From: a virus
Length of the DNA: 64,000 bases
IMG/VR virus record: IMGVR_UViG_3300046689_000199
Direction: 5' to 3' (one strand)
Shown: in pieces, positions 34,001 to 43,297 of the stretch
Position numbering within the stretch: the first letter of the stretch is position 1
Layout: every line of letters begins with the position of its first letter
Position numbers and translations under genes: made by a program
The notes under the pieces: model-generated
What the model saw: only the letters and a program-made list of their open reading frames with translations
Databases searched by the model: none
Told to the model about the DNA's origin: nothing

Positions 34001-36440
34001 CCTTGATGGCGTTCTTGGTCGACTCGAAGTCCAGGAAGTTCCCCTTGGCCAGCGGGCTCTCGTACTTCGGGGCCTCCTTGCCGAATCCCAGCGCGCCGAA
34101 CCACTTGTTCATGCCCACACGGGAGTCGTTGATGTCGGAGGAGAACTGGGTGAAGTTGGAGCCACCGTCCTTGATCGAGGTGTTCAGGTCGGTGAGGTTC
34201 TGCATCGTGGCGTCGTTCTGCCTGGCCATGTCGATGCCAGCACCAGCCACGGTTCCGACCCCGGCCCCGATCGCCGTTCCCACGCCGGGGATCATGCTGC
34301 CGATCATCGCGCCGGTCGCGCCCATCATGACCATCTGCGAGTTGACGCCCAGGGCGCTGGCCCCAGCCATCGTGCCCATCGCTGCCATCGGGCCAGCCGC
34401 GCCCGAGCGCATGAACGCGCCGAACCCCGCTCGACCAGCACCCAGGACCCCGCCACCTGCGCCAGCCGCGAACCCGCCAGCAGCCTGAGCCAGTCGCCGG
34501 AACCCGGTAGTGGTGTTCCCGGTCTCCTGGTTCAGGGACTTGATGGTCGCGACCTGCTCCTTCTGAGCAGTCATCGAGGCCCGAGTGCTGGAGATCGCCT
34601 CCTGGTTGGCCCGGTGCATGTCCCGCCGGGCCTGCTCAGTCGCAGGGTCACTGGGGGAGGCAGCCAGCCGGGACTGGTAGACCGCTCCCGCAGTACGAGC
34701 CCGCTCCCGAGCTGCGTCAGCGTTCGCGGCACTCTCAGCGACGGCCTCAGACATCCCCATCGGGGACCGCTGGAAGAACCGGCTCCGCTCCCGCTTGGTC
34801 GGGTCCGCGTACCGCATCTGGTCGAAACCAGGGGTGAGGAACATGTCGATCCCACGACCGAGCCCGCCAGCCATGTAGGACAGCGCGCTGCGCGGTGGTC
34901 CTGGGGTGTAGTTCGGGTCAGCCCAGCCTCGCGCACGCTCATAGCCCGAGCGGATCGCACCTAGGCCACTGCCGGCCAGACTGCCGGCCACCTGACCACC
35001 GGTGTACTGAGCACGCTGGAACCAGGTGCCACGCTGCTCCAGCTGCTGCCCGCGCGTGCCCGCGCCCTGACCCAGTGGTCCTCCGCCCGCGAAGCCCTCC
35101 CTGACGCCGTACGCCGCGCTGGAGCGGAACAGGGTGAACGCCGCGGCCACCTTCATCAGGGCCCCTGCGAAGAGCAGCAGCATCCCGGCCCCGGCAGCCA
35201 GCGGGGCAACGATCCCCATCACCAGACCGAGGAACTTACCCATCGGGCCTTCGGCGATCTTGTTGACCACCTCCATGGCCTTGTTCATGCCCTGGAGGAA
35301 CTTCTCCAGGATCGGCCCGAAGTAGCCACCCATGGTCTCGGCCAGCTGCTGGAAGTTCTGGTTCAGCTTGGAGATCTCGTCCGACATGCCTCTGGTCGAG
35401 GCCGCAGCCCCTTCCGCAGCAGCACCCTTGCCCTGGGTGGTCAGAGCCATCGACTGGCGCAGCCCACCAGACCCGATGATCGCCTGGATGGCCCGGATCG
35501 AACGCGGTCCGTCCAGACCCAGTCGAGCCAGCTCAGCGGCTGCGCCCTTGCCCTCGGAGTGCAGCTTCTCCAGGATCTCGACGACCTGTTCGCCGGCCCC
35601 CATCTGCTTGAACGCCTTCTGGGTGACCCCCAGCATGTTGGCGTAGTGCGCGATCTCGGGAGATCCGGTCTGCATCGAGTGCGTGATGTCGGTGGTGATC
35701 TTGGAGAAGACGGTGGCCGCTGCTCCACTGTCCTGGCCAGCCTTGGCGAAGGCGGTGGCGAACCCAGCAACCTGGTTGTTGGTCATCCCCATCGCCTTGG
35801 CGGTGGGAGCCAGCTGAGCGGTGAAGTCGATCAGACCCTGGGCTGAGGTCTGGGTGTGGGCTGCCAGGTAGGTGAACTGGTCGGCGAACTGCCGGGTGTT
35901 CTTGGAGTTGATCGGAGCGCCCATCACCCGCTGCAGGTTGGTCAGCGAGGTGGCGAGACCCTCCGAGCTCTCACCGGTGGCGTGCGACATGTCCTCGAAG
36001 ACCTTGCTCAGGTCCTTCAGGTCCCGGCTCTGCCGGATGTCGGTGACCTTGGAGAGGACCTCCACCAGCTTCGCGGCCTCAGAGGTGGTGGCCCCGTACT
36101 CCGTCCGCAGCCCCTTGACCGCCGAGGTGTAGTCCTTCATCACCGTGGTCTGCTGGCTGTTGGTCCGAGTCAGGATCGCCGACTGCGCCTGCAGCCGGGA
36201 CATCTGCTTCTCGTAGCTGGACCAGGCCGCGGTGGCCCCAGTGATCGTCGCCACGTCGGCAGCGCTGATCCCGATCAGAGTCTTGCCGGCGGTCTTGGAG
36301 AGGTTGTTGATCTTGCGACCGAGGCCGTCGACCGCCATGCCCAGCTGATCGGTGTTCCCAGCCGATGCGGTCATCGCCCGGTCGTACTGGGAGTTGTCGC
36401 TCGTCAGTACGACGTTGGCTTCGATCGGCTGAGCCGTCAC
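31038..36440 (-). CDS. Tail tape measure protein (1800 aa)
   Basis: Very long ORF rich in Ala, Gly, Gln and Met directly downstream of the G/GT frameshifted chaperone pair. Confidence 0.8.
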   Translation of the reverse strand: MTAQPIEANVVLTSDNSQYDRAMTASAGNTDQLGMAVDGLGRKINNLSKTAGKTLIGISAADVATITGATAAWSSYEKQMSRLQAQSAILTRTNSQQTTVMKDYTSAVKGLRTEYGATTSEAAKLVEVLSKVTDIRQSRDLKDLSKVFEDMSHATGESSEGLATSLTNLQRVMGAPINSKNTRQFADQFTYLAAHTQTSAQGLIDFTAQLAPTAKAMGMTNNQVAGFATAFAKAGQDSGAAATVFSKITTDITHSMQTGSPEIAHYANMLGVTQKAFKQMGAGEQVVEILEKLHSEGKGAAAELARLGLDGPRSIRAIQAIIGSGGLRQSMALTTQGKGAAAEGAAASTRGMSDEISKLNQNFQQLAETMGGYFGPILEKFLQGMNKAMEVVNKIAEGPMGKFLGLVMGIVAPLAAGAGMLLLFAGALMKVAAAFTLFRSSAAYGVREGFAGGGPLGQGAGTRGQQLEQRGTWFQRAQYTGGQVAGSLAGSGLGAIRSGYERARGWADPNYTPGPPRSALSYMAGGLGRGIDMFLTPGFDQMRYADPTKRERSRFFQRSPMGMSEAVAESAANADAARERARTAGAVYQSRLAASPSDPATEQARRDMHRANQEAISSTRASMTAQKEQVATIKSLNQETGNTTTGFRRLAQAAGGFAAGAGGGVLGAGRAGFGAFMRSGAAGPMAAMGTMAGASALGVNSQMVMMGATGAMIGSMIPGVGTAIGAGVGTVAGAGIDMARQNDATMQNLTDLNTSIKDGGSNFTQFSSDINDSRVGMNKWFGALGFGKEAPKYESPLAKGNFLDFESTKNAIKGFFGTSDVEDAQHKYDDAVKEFDSKRTAAADIAKKYGQKLTGTQAQQTNQLTQFMSDRGEGLLSQAGVSWDQLVAAQQKGGPEYTAMLRKILVPQAAEQMLAGQSTTAAGRAMAASPAARISAVQQENVGAYYQGTNQAYDRLRRKGMTDEQIIRSAEREQANIGDENSRPYELQMALSAKAQQNVQMQMPFMGRAQQFQTNVTQLQNLEAIPTTGMTQEQLTQLETQKATTAQSFVDQGQYFKQMLLMQDQFEIQRTRSQQDYSLQRSYQEHDFQLQRSRAESSFARQQNYATADYYRSVRRAHYDFNLQRKRSEDDFQHSIEVQAKQMATTVYDIYQRVQVQRTSSASQILSNAADQLQRMRQQESDLNKLRGMGASDAMIQQMKFTDPANQQQLARFLTEATPRVIKQFNRVAGSLREGAAKNLLQDPSSLDWSETQRSHRLQLARSRQDFTRQMELGHEDFLRALHRQRKEFNIVMDQQAQDYDTQMGRQADAYALSMQRSAQDLANVGKEIDGNFESILVQATHKLTGHAATQADAVLKSFRTLKGSTSAEAIATMQDLASIFGFKYKVPKSVSNNQAPDTRGTQDMSMHGTGGHTVGGMASGGVVPGWTPGRDTTMVPLSGGEAIMRPEWARAMGEGYINAANHAAKHGGYADGGLVNPDARVYMDGEPVSKITKAQLLLAEHLSRMNLTTMQGSWQPYTAYSGSSHMGPGVVDESPGNFRTQYWLRRVGFAAWGRNFPGAATAGSGAHVHAVSLLDPGAAHQSQIAAFYAGQDGLGGLDYGPNPGMIPGLRGMLGQFAALASVRDAHQAGAAATPRLASILKHRYPHSEAAAAAMQGVHPLFPGDISHVMNELVRKRYAESLEGVNPNKTHSWFANGGVFTGPRAIGVGEGGPEAVIPLNDQGANFLAMAMHGAEARGIGMGSSPMRGGVSVYNTRIDKSTNFTGPITVQANDPNELLAKLQARQRVMALSRPSLTGSAA

Positions 36441-36443
36441 GTC

Positions 36444-37231
36444 CTACTCCATCTTGATCGAGCGTCGGTTCCGAGCCTTGATGGCCATCTGGGCGGTCAG
36501 CTGCAGGGTGGTCGGGATCAGTTTGACATTGGTGCCCGGCAGTGACGAGCCCTGCGTGTCCCCGAAGACGGACTTCTGGTAGCAGCCCTGACAGAACTCG
36601 TCCACAGCAGTGAACGCGAACTTGTTCTCCTCCCACTCCCACGGGGCGGTCCCGCACATCTGACACCGTGCTGAGGACTCCAGCGCGTAGGCGATGGTCT
36701 TGGCCCGATCCTCGGCGTCCCACTTCAACCACTTCGAGTGCGGGATCCCATGCTCGAAGCAGTAGGACATCTCCAGGTAGAAGTTGCGATCCTTCCTCAG
36801 CCGCTCACGCTGAAAGGGATGTCCAGCCCCCGGTTGTTGAGCTCGACAGCGTTCCGGAACAGCACCATCACGTCACCGCGGGACCAGTCCTCGGAGTCCC
36901 AGATCTGCTTGGCCTCGGCAGGGGTGATCTCGGGGTCCACCGAGCAGGCAGCGATCAGCGCCGGCGCGAAGGAGTCGATGTCGAAGGAAGCACCCTCAGC
37001 GCGCTGCTCCGGCTTCGGCGGGTGCTTGGCCACGAGCCGGTCGTAGGCCCGCATCCCGATCGCCTGGTACTTCAGGGTGACCTCGTTCGAGCCACCGTCC
37101 CCGTCGTTGAGGAACAACGAGAACTCGGTGGTGGAACGAGGCTTGTTGACGAGCGCATCCACCGTGGCGCGCTTCTGCGCCTGGGACTGCTTCTGTCGAG
37201 CCTCGGTGGTCTTCGCTGCTGTGGTGGGCAT
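36444..37231 (-). CDS. Tail assembly chaperone G-T fusion, made by a -1 programmed ribosomal frameshift at the slippery heptamer C.CCU.UUC (plus-strand coordinates 36812-36818). The G product alone is complement(36797..37231).
   Basis: G ends ...LDIPFSVSG*. The -1 frame is open from 36872 down to 36444 and reads ...QRERLRKDRNFYLEMSYCFEHG... The heptamer is in the canonical X.XXY.YYZ register, 7 codons before the G stop. Confidence 0.7.
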
Positions 37232-37288
37232 CTGTCGCTTCCTGAGCGGAGGGATGTAGTCGGTGTGATGCTATCCCTCCGCCAGGAC

Positions 37289-37768
37289 CTATGCTCCTAC
37301 GATCGCAGCTTCAGCCGGCTCCACGTTGACCGAGCAGGACGCGGTGAACGTCAGCACGGTGTTGGAGCTCATGTTCGCCATCGTCCGTGACGTCACCATC
37401 ACTGGCCAGACCTCGATCTCGTCAGTCGCGATCGGGAGGTTGGCCGTACCCTTCCCGCCGAACCGGGCGATCAGGAAGTAGCCACGGGTACCACGAGGGA
37501 GGGTCTCCCAGGCGGTGTCGTCCTCGTCGTCACGGTAGAAGTCCGCGTCGAAGGTCGCTGCCGAGGTACCAGCGGTGCTGGTCTCGAAGAGGCTGTCGAA
37601 CGCCGGGGTCGGCACCGTGTTGCCTCGTGAGGAGGCGTTCAGGCTGATGCAGTACCCGGTGAGGTCGACTGCAGCTGCCACCTGAGCCGCCGTGGGGGCC
37701 TCGATGTCACTGATCGTGGCGATCGAAAACCCGATCCAGGTGTTCTCATTCGGGATGATCCGTGCCAT
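37289..37768 (-). CDS. Putative major tail protein (159 aa)
   Basis: Position immediately upstream of the G/GT chaperones; size. Confidence 0.45.
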   Translation of the reverse strand: MARIIPNENTWIGFSIATISDIEAPTAAQVAAAVDLTGYCISLNASSRGNTVPTPAFDSLFETSTAGTSAATFDADFYRDDEDDTAWETLPRGTRGYFLIARFGGKGTANLPIATDEIEVWPVMVTSRTMANMSSNTVLTFTASCSVNVEPAEAAIVGA

Positions 37769-37971
37769 CAGTCGGCCTTCCTCGTGGTCGTCTTCTTCGT
37801 AGCTGCGGCCTGGGTCTCCAGGGGCTTCTCGGTGACCTCGGCAGCTTCTGTCTCACTACTCTCATCATCCGCAACCGTCCAGCCGTTGCGCTCCCACGCT
37901 GCGACGGACTCGCGGAGGACGAAGCCCTCTTCGCCGTCCTTCGTGATCTTGATCTGCTTGGCTCGTGGCAT
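37768..37971 (-). CDS. Hypothetical small acidic protein (67 aa)
   Basis: ORF coupled on both sides. Confidence 0.4.
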   Translation of the reverse strand: MPRAKQIKITKDGEEGFVLRESVAAWERNGWTVADDESSETEAAEVTEKPLETQAAATKKTTTRKAD

Positions 37972-37974
37972 GTT

Positions 37975-38439
37975 CTATCCCTTCGTGACCCAGACCTCGA
38001 ACGAGTCTGCTTGTGTGAAGTAATCCGGATAGGCAGACCCGATCCGGTTGGTGTTGCCGATCGACGTGCAGGTGACCTTCTGGATCCGCCACGCGCCCGT
38101 GTCGGTGTCGATCGACTCCCTGACGATGTTCGTCAGGTTCATCCTCATCCGGTCTGCCAGCGCCTCCGTCTGCTTCCTGGAGATGCCGGCGTAGACCACC
38201 GAGTAGGACAGTCGCCACTCGGACTGGCTGTCCCCCATGGCCCCACCAGGGGCCTGGAGGCTGGCTGCACCAGGCGACAGGGAGAGCCACGGGGTGAAGG
38301 TGGTCCCGGGCTCGTTCGGCTCTCCCTGCCACCCGAACGGAGCAGTCGGCTGGGCGTTGTCGCCCACGGGGAACCCCTCGGTCACCAGCTCAGCCAGCAG
38401 CCGAGTGGTGATCGGTCCTCGTGAGATGGAGCTAGGCAC
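37975..38439 (-). CDS. Putative tail terminator/completion protein (GTG start overlapping the upstream stop in TAGTG)
   Basis: Position between the gp10-like gene and the major tail gene. Confidence 0.4.
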   Translation of the reverse strand: MPSSISRGPITTRLLAELVTEGFPVGDNAQPTAPFGWQGEPNEPGTTFTPWLSLSPGAASLQAPGGAMGDSQSEWRLSYSVVYAGISRKQTEALADRMRMNLTNIVRESIDTDTGAWRIQKVTCTSIGNTNRIGSAYPDYFTQADSFEVWVTKG

Positions 38440-38900
38440 TACCTCGCACCGTCCTTCAGCACCTTGATGTTCGCCTCTGCTGCCATCGTCCCAAGCGAGT
38501 CCACCCATGCCTCAAACGCAGGGCGGACGAACGGCTGCGCCTTGGTGCCAGGGTGGTTCACCTTCTTGGCGTAGACGGTCGTGCCGTTCATCTTGAACAC
38601 CAGGACGCCCCCTGGCGTCTTGGGACGAATGACGTGGGGCTTGGTGCCGAACTCCACGTAGCCGCCGTAGTCGGCGATGTTCGGGTTGGGCCCGATCACG
38701 ACCCTGTCGGAGTCCACTCTGATCTGCAGCGAGCCGCGCAGCTTCCCGGTGTCGACCGGGACCAGCGCCTCCATCTCCGCCAGGATCTGGTTCGCGCTCT
38801 GGATCAGCACCTGCTGGGTGGTGACCTGGGAGTCCTCTGCAGTCTGTCGGAGTGCGTCCGCCAGCTTGGAGATGTCCGCCTGTCCGACAGCACCCATCAC
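38439..38900 (-). CDS. HK97 gp10-like head-tail joining protein
   Basis: Motif ALVPVDTGKLRGSL is typical of the HK97 gp10 family. Confidence 0.5.
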   Translation of the reverse strand: MMGAVGQADISKLADALRQTAEDSQVTTQQVLIQSANQILAEMEALVPVDTGKLRGSLQIRVDSDRVVIGPNPNIADYGGYVEFGTKPHVIRPKTPGGVLVFKMNGTTVYAKKVNHPGTKAQPFVRPAFEAWVDSLGTMAAEANIKVLKDGAR

Positions 38901-39325
38901 ATCAGCCCAGTGACCTCGAACCGGCGCGTAGCACGCAGCTCACCGGCCTTGGCGACAGTCTGGATCTCGTAGCGCTTCCCCACCATCTGGGAGTCCTGGG
39001 GAGCGGTCAGGATGGTCACCTCGTCGTAGCGCTTGATGATCTCCGGTACGTCCCAGGGGATCGAGAGGTTCGTGGTCATCTGGTAGACGTCGACATCGCC
39101 GACCACCACCGAGGAGGCGTTGGCCACCTCCCAGATCCGGCACACGCCCTGGTAGACCCGCTCACCCAGTCCGGTGGGGGTGAAGATCAGGGAGTCCTCG
39201 TCGTAGCCCCCAGGCACCTCTCCGCGGACGATCAGGCAGGTGTACTCCATCACCGCTGTGGCCCGAGCCCGGACGTACGAGCGGGCCTGAGCGGTGATCG
39301 GTGAGCTCGTGGGAGTCGTACTCAC
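38897..39325 (-). CDS. Head-tail connector/adaptor protein (putative)
   Basis: Position; 142 aa. Confidence 0.4.
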   Translation of the reverse strand: MSTTPTSSPITAQARSYVRARATAVMEYTCLIVRGEVPGGYDEDSLIFTPTGLGERVYQGVCRIWEVANASSVVVGDVDVYQMTTNLSIPWDVPEIIKRYDEVTILTAPQDSQMVGKRYEIQTVAKAGELRATRRFEVTGLM

Positions 39326-39834
39326 GGCTCGACGATCTTCTCGGAGTCGGGCACGTTCTGGCTCCCGGTGATCGGGATGTCAGGTGGGTAGACCCCACCG
39401 TAGTCCTGAGCGCCGGCCTCCAGGTTGTCGTGCATGCCCTTGCCGAAGGCGAACGGCTTGGTGTCTGGGAGCAGGGGCTCGTTGGGACTGACCCCACCTG
39501 CATCCGGAGCCGTCCCAACGAGCTGAGCCTGGTACTGCTGGCGAAGGTTCGCCGCCAGCTGGCGATACTGCTCGCCCACAGGCCCGAGAGAGACGCTCAC
39601 TCCATCAGCGGAGTAGGACGCCTCGCGTGCGTAACGCGCTGCGATGGTATCTGCTACCGACGCAGCGACATACTCCAGAGAGTGGTAGAGCGGGAACCAG
39701 GTGTCGTAGGCCCACTGGATGTCCTCATCGGAGACCAGCCACTCGTTCGCTCCGAACGGGTCCACGTCCTGGACCAGGAACCGGACGGTGTCCTTGTCGG
39801 TGGTTCCAGCGCCGTCGTAGGTGTAGCTCGGCAT
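39322..39834 (-). CDS. Head-tail connector protein (putative)
   Basis: Position downstream of the capsid genes; 170 aa. Confidence 0.4.
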   Translation of the reverse strand: MPSYTYDGAGTTDKDTVRFLVQDVDPFGANEWLVSDEDIQWAYDTWFPLYHSLEYVAASVADTIAARYAREASYSADGVSVSLGPVGEQYRQLAANLRQQYQAQLVGTAPDAGGVSPNEPLLPDTKPFAFGKGMHDNLEAGAQDYGGVYPPDIPITGSQNVPDSEKIVEP

Positions 39835-40136
39835 CAGCGCGCCTTCTTCCTGGGCTGCTTCTCACTCAGGAGCTTGTAGCTCGCCGCGCCGCCTCCCCCC
39901 ACCAGTGCTGTACCGGTGAGACCCGGGTGCCGCTGCATGAAGCCGCCAGCACGGCTGACGCCTGAACCAGCGCTACGGCCTACCTCCTTGATGGAGATGT
40001 CCTTCTCGCCGAGCCGGTTCAGGCTGCCCTTGATCTGACTGGCCCGAGAGGGCGCGCGCACTCCAGTGCGGGGTGGGCGGGGCACGCGGACCTTGGAGAT
40101 CTCGCCGTGTTCGATCCCGAACGCCGACTCCATCAC
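39834..40136 (-). CDS. Small basic head protein beginning MMESAFGIEHG
   Basis: N-terminus shares the SAFG(I/V)(E/D)HG motif. Confidence 0.5.
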   Translation of the reverse strand: MMESAFGIEHGEISKVRVPRPPRTGVRAPSRASQIKGSLNRLGEKDISIKEVGRSAGSGVSRAGGFMQRHPGLTGTALVGGGGAASYKLLSEKQPRKKAR

Positions 40137-40477
40137 TGCCGCCTGCGATTCATCAGGCTGGACGCGCCGAGACCACCAGCTACTCCGCCAGCTCCTGCCA
40201 CTCCGAGACCAGTCTTCATCGGACTACGTCCCATGCTGACACCAGCTTGACGCATGCCCATCCCGGCCCGCTGCATGCCCATCCCGAGCTTGGGCTTCAG
40301 CACGCCGCCCTTGCCCGCCATCCCAGCACCAGCGCTCTGCAGGCCACGACCAGCCTTGCCGGCCATCATCCCGACCTTCTGGCCCACCTTCACGGTCTGC
40401 TTGGCCGCGAGCGGAGTCATCAGGCCCAGCTTCGAGAACTCCTCGGAGCCGTGGTCGATGCCGAATGCGCTCTCCAT
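40133..40477 (-). CDS. Small Gly/Met/Ala-rich head protein beginning MESAFGIDHG
   Basis: SD GGGGAGGA upstream; N-terminal motif as above. Confidence 0.5.
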   Translation of the reverse strand: MESAFGIDHGSEEFSKLGLMTPLAAKQTVKVGQKVGMMAGKAGRGLQSAGAGMAGKGGVLKPKLGMGMQRAGMGMRQAGVSMGRSPMKTGLGVAGAGGVAGGLGASSLMNRRRQ

Positions 40478-40971
40478 CAGTCCTCCCCTAGGAGACCCTT
40501 GCGGCCACGACCTGCGCGCTCCATCGCCAGGACTGCGTCCCGCTGCTCAGGGTGCTCGTCCAGGTACTCCAGGACCGCGTCTACGTTGTGCTCAGCCGGG
40601 TCGTAGGTCTCTTCGAGGCTCTCCGGCGGCTCAGGGTCAGCAGCAGGCTCTTCAGCAGGATCCTCAGCATCAGCCACATCCTCCGCCTCCGTCTCCGCCA
40701 CCGACTCAGGCGTGGGCCAGACCAGCTGGACCCGCTCCCGGTTCAGGTACTCCTCGGCCTCTTCCCGAGTCCTGACGTGGGTGTGCCAGTGCCGGGGCTT
40801 CAGGTGGCCCTCTTCCAGCACCGGGATCACGAAGCGCGCGCGCACGAGCGTCTCGATGTTCCGGGCCTCCTCCTGCGGGAACTCCTGGCCCATCACGTAC
40901 GGGACGCCGGCGTAGACGAAGTTCTTCGCAGCGACGAAGGAGATCCCATCGTTCTTCAGCAGCTGGACCAT
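40477..40971 (-). CDS. Head protein with an acidic C-terminal tail (164 aa)
   Basis: Position just downstream of the major capsid gene. Confidence 0.45.
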   Translation of the reverse strand: MVQLLKNDGISFVAAKNFVYAGVPYVMGQEFPQEEARNIETLVRARFVIPVLEEGHLKPRHWHTHVRTREEAEEYLNRERVQLVWPTPESVAETEAEDVADAEDPAEEPAADPEPPESLEETYDPAEHNVDAVLEYLDEHPEQRDAVLAMERAGRGRKGLLGED

Positions 40972-41035
40972 CTGTCCTCCTCAGCAGAGACGGGCCGCGG
41001 GCCGAAACCCACAGCCCGTCTCAGAGTAGATCTGA

Positions 41036-42034
41036 CTACGCCACCGCGTTGGACAGGAAGATTCCCATGTCCTTGGCAACCACGCGCATGTCGTAGGTCA
41101 TCTCGCCCTCGATGCGGTCCGCAGCGATCGGCTCCATCCGGAAGTTCTTCATCCGGATCCCGTAGCTGTTCCCAGCCAGGTACCCGTTCCAGGTGAAGGT
41201 GTAGCCACCAGCCGGGGTCATCAGGGACGGCGAGCTCGGGGTGTAGACGAGCAGCGCCGACTTGCTGTTGGACATGAAGGAGTAGGTCGCCGCAGCGTCC
41301 TGGGCCTTCGCGTCGTTCAGCTCGGCCACACCGGTCACCGTCGCGTAGCTGACCAGGATCCGCTCGACGTCGAACAGCGACGCGAGGAGGTCGGTGGTCA
41401 CCACACCACGCTGGGTGTACTTGATGCGGTCGATGATGTCCGGGTGGTTCTTCAGCTGGGTGATCGTCCGAGCACCGAGGACCAGCGTGTTGGCCTTGCG
41501 GCCTGACTGCTCCACGAAGTTCGTCTGCAGGTCAGCGAACTGCACGATCGGGTCAGACGCCGGGTCACTCCACTGGAGGAACTGGCCAGCACCCACCGTG
41601 CCGGTGACTCCAGCGAGGTCGGTGCCCCACTGGCCGGTGGTGAAGAACTTGGCGTTCCAGTCCAGGTCCCGCCGGAGCAGGAGCTGGTTGGTGACGAACG
41701 TGGTGGCGTCAGAGTCGAGCCTCCAGTTCGAGTCGGCGTTCGACCGGACCTGGTCGTCGATGTCCTTGTGGACACCCCAGACCTCGCAGAAGTACTGCCC
41801 CGTGTCGACCTTCCAGCCGACTCCAGCCGTCTCGGTGCCAGGGGCGCGCTTCTGCGCGTCCGTGCGACGCCAGTCGGACTTCGAGTACTTCCAGTACATG
41901 TCGGACTGCTTCTGCACCGGCACCCGCGGGAACACCTTGTCCGCGATGAACTGGGCCTTGTCCTGCATGTAGGCGACGCTGACGTTGGTCAGCGGCACGT
42001 TGACGTGGAGATCGCTCTGAGTGGGGTTCGGCAT
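41036..42034 (-). CDS. Major capsid protein, lambda gpE-like
   Basis: N-terminus MPNPTQSDLHVNVPLTNVSVAY... matches the conserved start of the gpE-like capsid family; 332 aa; directly preceded by a small decoration-like gene, as in the lambda D-E pair. Confidence 0.75.
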   Translation of the reverse strand: MPNPTQSDLHVNVPLTNVSVAYMQDKAQFIADKVFPRVPVQKQSDMYWKYSKSDWRRTDAQKRAPGTETAGVGWKVDTGQYFCEVWGVHKDIDDQVRSNADSNWRLDSDATTFVTNQLLLRRDLDWNAKFFTTGQWGTDLAGVTGTVGAGQFLQWSDPASDPIVQFADLQTNFVEQSGRKANTLVLGARTITQLKNHPDIIDRIKYTQRGVVTTDLLASLFDVERILVSYATVTGVAELNDAKAQDAAATYSFMSNSKSALLVYTPSSPSLMTPAGGYTFTWNGYLAGNSYGIRMKNFRMEPIAADRIEGEMTYDMRVVAKDMGIFLSNAVA

Positions 42035-42047
42035 GGCTTCTCTCCTC

Positions 42048-42449
42048 TCAGATCGTCAGGAGAACGTTGACGAGTTCTCCAGCGTTGGCGGTAGTGGACA
42101 GGGCGATACCGACGACCGCAGTGGCACCAGCACCGGTGGCCTGGCCATCGGCACTGACCTGGACCTTGGTCCCGGCAGTGATCGGTACGTCGCAGACCAC
42201 CTTGGAGACGCCGGCGATGGCGATGGTGGCCGCCTGCCCGGTCCCCTGTGGCTTGTTCTGCATCACTCCGACGCAGGGGCCAGCGCCATCACCAAGACCA
42301 ACCTGGTGGACACCGGTCACCTTCACGAAGTGGTACTGACGCCCTCCGTGAGGATCAGGGGAACCGGGCTGACCCGGGACTCCCGTGTAGATGCCCAGGG
42401 ACGAGTCCGCGTTCAGCGTGATCGACCGTAGGCTCTCTTCGTAGGCCAT
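42048..42449 (-). CDS. Head decoration protein (gpD-like, putative)
   Basis: 133 aa immediately upstream of the gpE-like capsid gene. Confidence 0.5.
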   Translation of the reverse strand: MAYEESLRSITLNADSSLGIYTGVPGQPGSPDPHGGRQYHFVKVTGVHQVGLGDGAGPCVGVMQNKPQGTGQAATIAIAGVSKVVCDVPITAGTKVQVSADGQATGAGATAVVGIALSTTANAGELVNVLLTI

Positions 42450-42464
42450 GAGCTACTTCCCCTC

Positions 42465-43286
42465 CTACCGGGCCTGCTGCGAGCGCAGGTACTCGTCGTA
42501 GGCGTCCGGATTCTGGTCGAACACCGTATTGATGGCTGAGACAGAGTCGAAGTTCTCCGACTTGCCGAAGGTGTCGTAGGCGTGAGCCTCGACCTGGGAG
42601 TACACGTCGGAGTTGTCGCCTCCGCCGGTGTAGCCCCGCTCCTCGAAGAGGATCTCGCCAGCCGTCTCCAGAGCCTTGGCGATCACCGAGCAGTCCTCGA
42701 AGCTCATGGTCTCGGCCATCCGGTAGAGCACTGGGCCGAGCTCCTGGGCAGGGATCGGGAGGTTGTACTCCGCAGCCTTGGAGATGTACTCGCGGGTCAG
42801 GCGCAGGTCGCGCTCGGCCTTGGCGATCTTGGTGGACTCCTGCTGAGCCTTCTCCAGCTCCTCGACCCGTCCGAGCGCCTTGGCGATGACAGCGTCGCGG
42901 TCAGAGTCGGAGAACGCCTTGCTGAGCTCCTCCATCACCGCTGCACTGAAGCTGCCGGCCTTCGGAGCCGACTTCTCGAAGAACGCCGACTTGCCGACTC
43001 CTGCGAGCTCGGGCACTGGCTGGTCCTCTTCCTTCTCCGCAGCTTCGTCCTCGACCTCGTTCTCGACGTACTCGTAGGCAGCGCCTGTGTCGTCGTACAC
43101 GATGTCGCCGAACTCCAGCTGGTCCTCGTCGAGGGGCTGGCCCTCCTGGTTGTAGAGCTTGGGCATCTCTTCCTCCTCGGGAGCCCGCTTCGCGATGACG
43201 AACCGTGAGTGCTGGTTCGCGGCCTTGTCGACGGTGGAGATCTCGTCGATCTCCATGTCGGTCAGGTTGTTCTTCGGTCGTGGCAT
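42465..43286 (-). CDS. Scaffolding-like acidic coiled-coil protein
   Basis: 273 aa, Glu/Asp-rich with predicted helices; position before the decoration and capsid genes. Confidence 0.5.
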   Translation of the reverse strand: MPRPKNNLTDMEIDEISTVDKAANQHSRFVIAKRAPEEEEMPKLYNQEGQPLDEDQLEFGDIVYDDTGAAYEYVENEVEDEAAEKEEDQPVPELAGVGKSAFFEKSAPKAGSFSAAVMEELSKAFSDSDRDAVIAKALGRVEELEKAQQESTKIAKAERDLRLTREYISKAAEYNLPIPAQELGPVLYRMAETMSFEDCSVIAKALETAGEILFEERGYTGGGDNSDVYSQVEAHAYDTFGKSENFDSVSAINTVFDQNPDAYDEYLRSQQAR

Positions 43287-43297
43287 CTCATCTACCT

